64,000 nt of DNA from the human T2T-CHM13v2.0 reference genome, Homo sapiens. A model generated the notes under the pieces. The model was not told where the DNA came from. It ran no database searches and saw nothing but the letters and a program-made list of their open reading frames with translations. Below are positions 60,856 to 64,000 of this stretch, one piece after another (position 1 is the stretch's first letter; every line of letters starts with the position of its first letter). The DNA lies in the NCBI RefSeq assembly GCF_009914755.1, contig NC_060927.1, one strand, 5' to 3'. Both the position numbers and the translations under genes were made by a program.

Positions 60856-61967
60856 CAACTATGGGGCAAGGTGACACATTTTTCCTTTTTTAAAAAATAA
60901 AAAAGCAAAATTAAGCCAGGCGCAGTGGCACATTCCTATACTCCCAGCAACTCGGGAGACTGAGATGGGAGGATCTATTATAATAACTATGTTAACATCA
61001 GCATTTACATCTTGACTCAACATAAAAAAGAAAAATATACACTGAATGGAAAATTACTGAGGAGCCAAAGAACTATCAGCCTATATGAAAGCCAAGTCCA
61101 GAGAGTGGGTGGTGGCAGAGAGGAGAAGGGGTGAACAGCCTGCAGGGATGGTGAAATACTTCTCTCCACAAAGAAGGGGCAGGAAGAAGGACTCTGGAGC
61201 CTTGGCCTGAGTCAGGGCAAGGCAGAGTCCTCCAAACAGCCTCCAGGATGGCTCCCATTCCTGCCCCACACCTAAGACACATGGCAACAAGAGCAGGGAG
61301 TTTGCAAAATTATCTCACAAAATAAACTGCCAGTTTAAGGTAGAAAACACTTAAAAGAGGATATGGTAGTCTGGAAACTCTGTTGTCAGTTATGTCAACA
61401 TACGGCAAAGAACTTCCATAATTTTACTTCTGCAAGTCACTCCCACACTTCTACAGGGCTTCCACTACCAAATACTGGGAGCCAAGTGTTCTCTGCCTCA
61501 GGCCATGAAATGCCAGAGAAAACAGCTGTCCAAAACCCCTAGAGCAGGTAGAAATTGCAGCAGCAGCCTGGTCACAGCCCAAGGAATGCTCCTTCACAGA
61601 ATCAGCTTTATGCTTTCATCTGCCTCACTGACAGGACAAGAACTTATATGGAGGTCAGGAGGCAATGAAGTTTTATACACAATCTATGCTTCTAACATAC
61701 TCCAAACCGACTCAAGCACTGTTTAAAAGCAAAGGAGGGTGTGTAGGAAGTTTGGGAGTAGGAAAACAAGGAAGCCTGCTCATCTGTGTGAGCCAAATGG
61801 TACACTTCTCTTCAGCAAATCTTTTGGTTTGAGTGGGTGAAATATCCAAGATTCATGGCGATTACTTATGAGAGAAAAAGGCAGAGAAGGTGCCAGGGAG
61901 ATTCTAATTTGTGTTCTTTTCTCAAAAACAAATTCCTACCAAGATTAGAAGGAAGGTTCTGACTTAC

Positions 61968-62149
61968 CTGGAAAAGATCTGTCTTGTCTTCAAATAGACT
62001 GACAAAATATTTATAGTCAGCATAAGCCCAGAACTTGGAATGGTCATAATCTCTAAATGGTCCAGAAATACTAGACTGGTCACAGTTCCAGGTCAGAAAC
62101 TCTTCGAGTGTAGCTTCTACGTAATTACATGTAGTTTCAAACTGAGGAA
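61968..62149 (-). CDS. HSPBAP1: HSPBAP1 coding exon (probably exon 3; upstream exons lie beyond the window)
   Basis: ttgcag|TT...CAG|gtaag; PQFETTCNYVEATLEEFLTWNCDQSSISGPFRDYDHSKFWAYADYKYFVSLFEDKTDLFQ; phase fits the next exon. Confidence 0.93.
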
Positions 62150-62276
62150 CTGCAATGTAAGAGAATGCAACCTTAAATGTATAATGAACACATTTCCTAA
62201 TTATTGTTTTTTTTTTAAAATAAAGATAATTTCAACCAAAAAATTAACTTTGAAGACTAATTAAAAATTCGTGTTG

Positions 62277-62402
62277 AGCCAGGTGTGGTGGTGCATGCCT
62301 GTAATCCTAGTTTCTCTGGAGGTTGAGGCAGGAAGATGGCTTGAGCCCAGGAATTTGAGACCAGTCTGTGCAACAGAGCAAAACCCCATCTCCAAAAAAA
62401 AA
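62277..62402 (+). mobile_element. Alu monomer (FLAM-like)
   Basis: AGCCAGGTGTGGTGGTGCATGCCTGTAATCC..A-tail. Confidence 0.75.
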
Positions 62403-62824
62403 TTAATTAAAAAATTTAAAAATTAATTTGTACTTGTTATATAATGAGTGCCATTTACAAAATTCACAATACTCAGGATTAAACATAAAAGTATAAAGCA
62501 GTTTTAACCTTAAGATTAAAGACTACCCTATGAGTAGATTTAATAATCCAAACTTGAGGATTTAGTAAATAAAAACTTGAGGCACCATACAGTTAAATGC
62601 AAAATTTTATGCTGCTGACACCTGGAAAAGGCAAAGACCACTAGAGATGAGGGTTGATCAGGAAAGCTTCAATAAAAGATGTATTATCTGTCCACAGTGG
62701 CTTGTTATTATGGGTATGACTCCAATGAGTCAAGATTGGAGTCAGTGGATTGACACAAAAACTATTCTAAAAGAATGATGAAATTAATTTTATTTTTGCA
62801 ACTTAAATGAACAGAGGAAGTTAA

Positions 62825-63245
<421 letters not shown>

Positions 63246-63683
63246 AATGTTAGGCACTATTATTAGTACTTCTTATCCATTCATATATTTACTTGGAACC
63301 CTTTAAAAGTTAGCTGAATCAGTAGCAGGAAGAGAAGAATATTCACATTCTTCTTTCAACAGCTTTTATCTTTTCTTACGTTTCTGCCTGTAACTGCTTA
63401 GAATTATCCAATAATCTTTTTCCTTTACCTTCTTTTTCCTAAGCCACAGAATGGCAGAGAGGTAATAGAGGCAGGGTGTATGTCAACGAATCATCCTAAT
63501 TCATCCACTTTAACTTGTCACCTCACTTTGAGAAGCAGAAGAACTTAACTAGGGCACATTTATCTAAAAGATTAAAATGTACATATTCAAGAACTATTTA
63601 AATTTTAACAATTTTTGTAAAGCACTTAGTGCCTGGCACATAGTAAACAATCAATATACATAAACTCTTAACATACCAACATT

Positions 63684-63999
<316 letters not shown>

Positions 64000-64000
64000 T

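Overview
Primate (human-like) genomic DNA, repeat-rich, with two convergent spliced genes. The + strand carries the 3' half of PARP14: nine coding exons at 1447-21847 (macrodomain-3, KH/WWE and mono-ADP-ribosyltransferase domains) and a 3'UTR to about 24090. The - strand carries the last six coding exons of the JmjC protein HSPBAP1 (62149 down to 33599, 3' end about 33250). Between them sits a full-length but inactivated L1PA with TSDs, an open antisense ORF0 and the ZNF93-target 5'UTR segment. The window also holds two oppositely oriented SVAs, more than 20 Alus, L1PB/L1M/L2/CR1 relics, MER44/Tigger, MER58A, Charlie1, an MLT2 LTR and a U13 snoRNA retrocopy. There is no prokaryotic-type system. 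The best leads are RNA-processing or structural: (i) a stop-free, in-frame 81-nt PARP14 intron encoding a hydrophobic insert; (ii) a possible ZAP-S-like intronic-polyadenylation PARP14 isoform lacking the catalytic domain; (iii) inverted SVAs in phase-matched introns, where an inversion would give in-frame HSPBAP1-PARP14 fusions; (iv) a bidirectional L1 promoter/ORF0 facing both genes antisense; (v) a MER58A-donated HSPBAP1 poly(A) signal; (vi) a (UG)18 tract at a splice donor; (vii) a perfect 18-bp hairpin. Gene identities, exon numbers and repeat subfamilies come from recognition, not database searches. Repeat boundaries are approximate.
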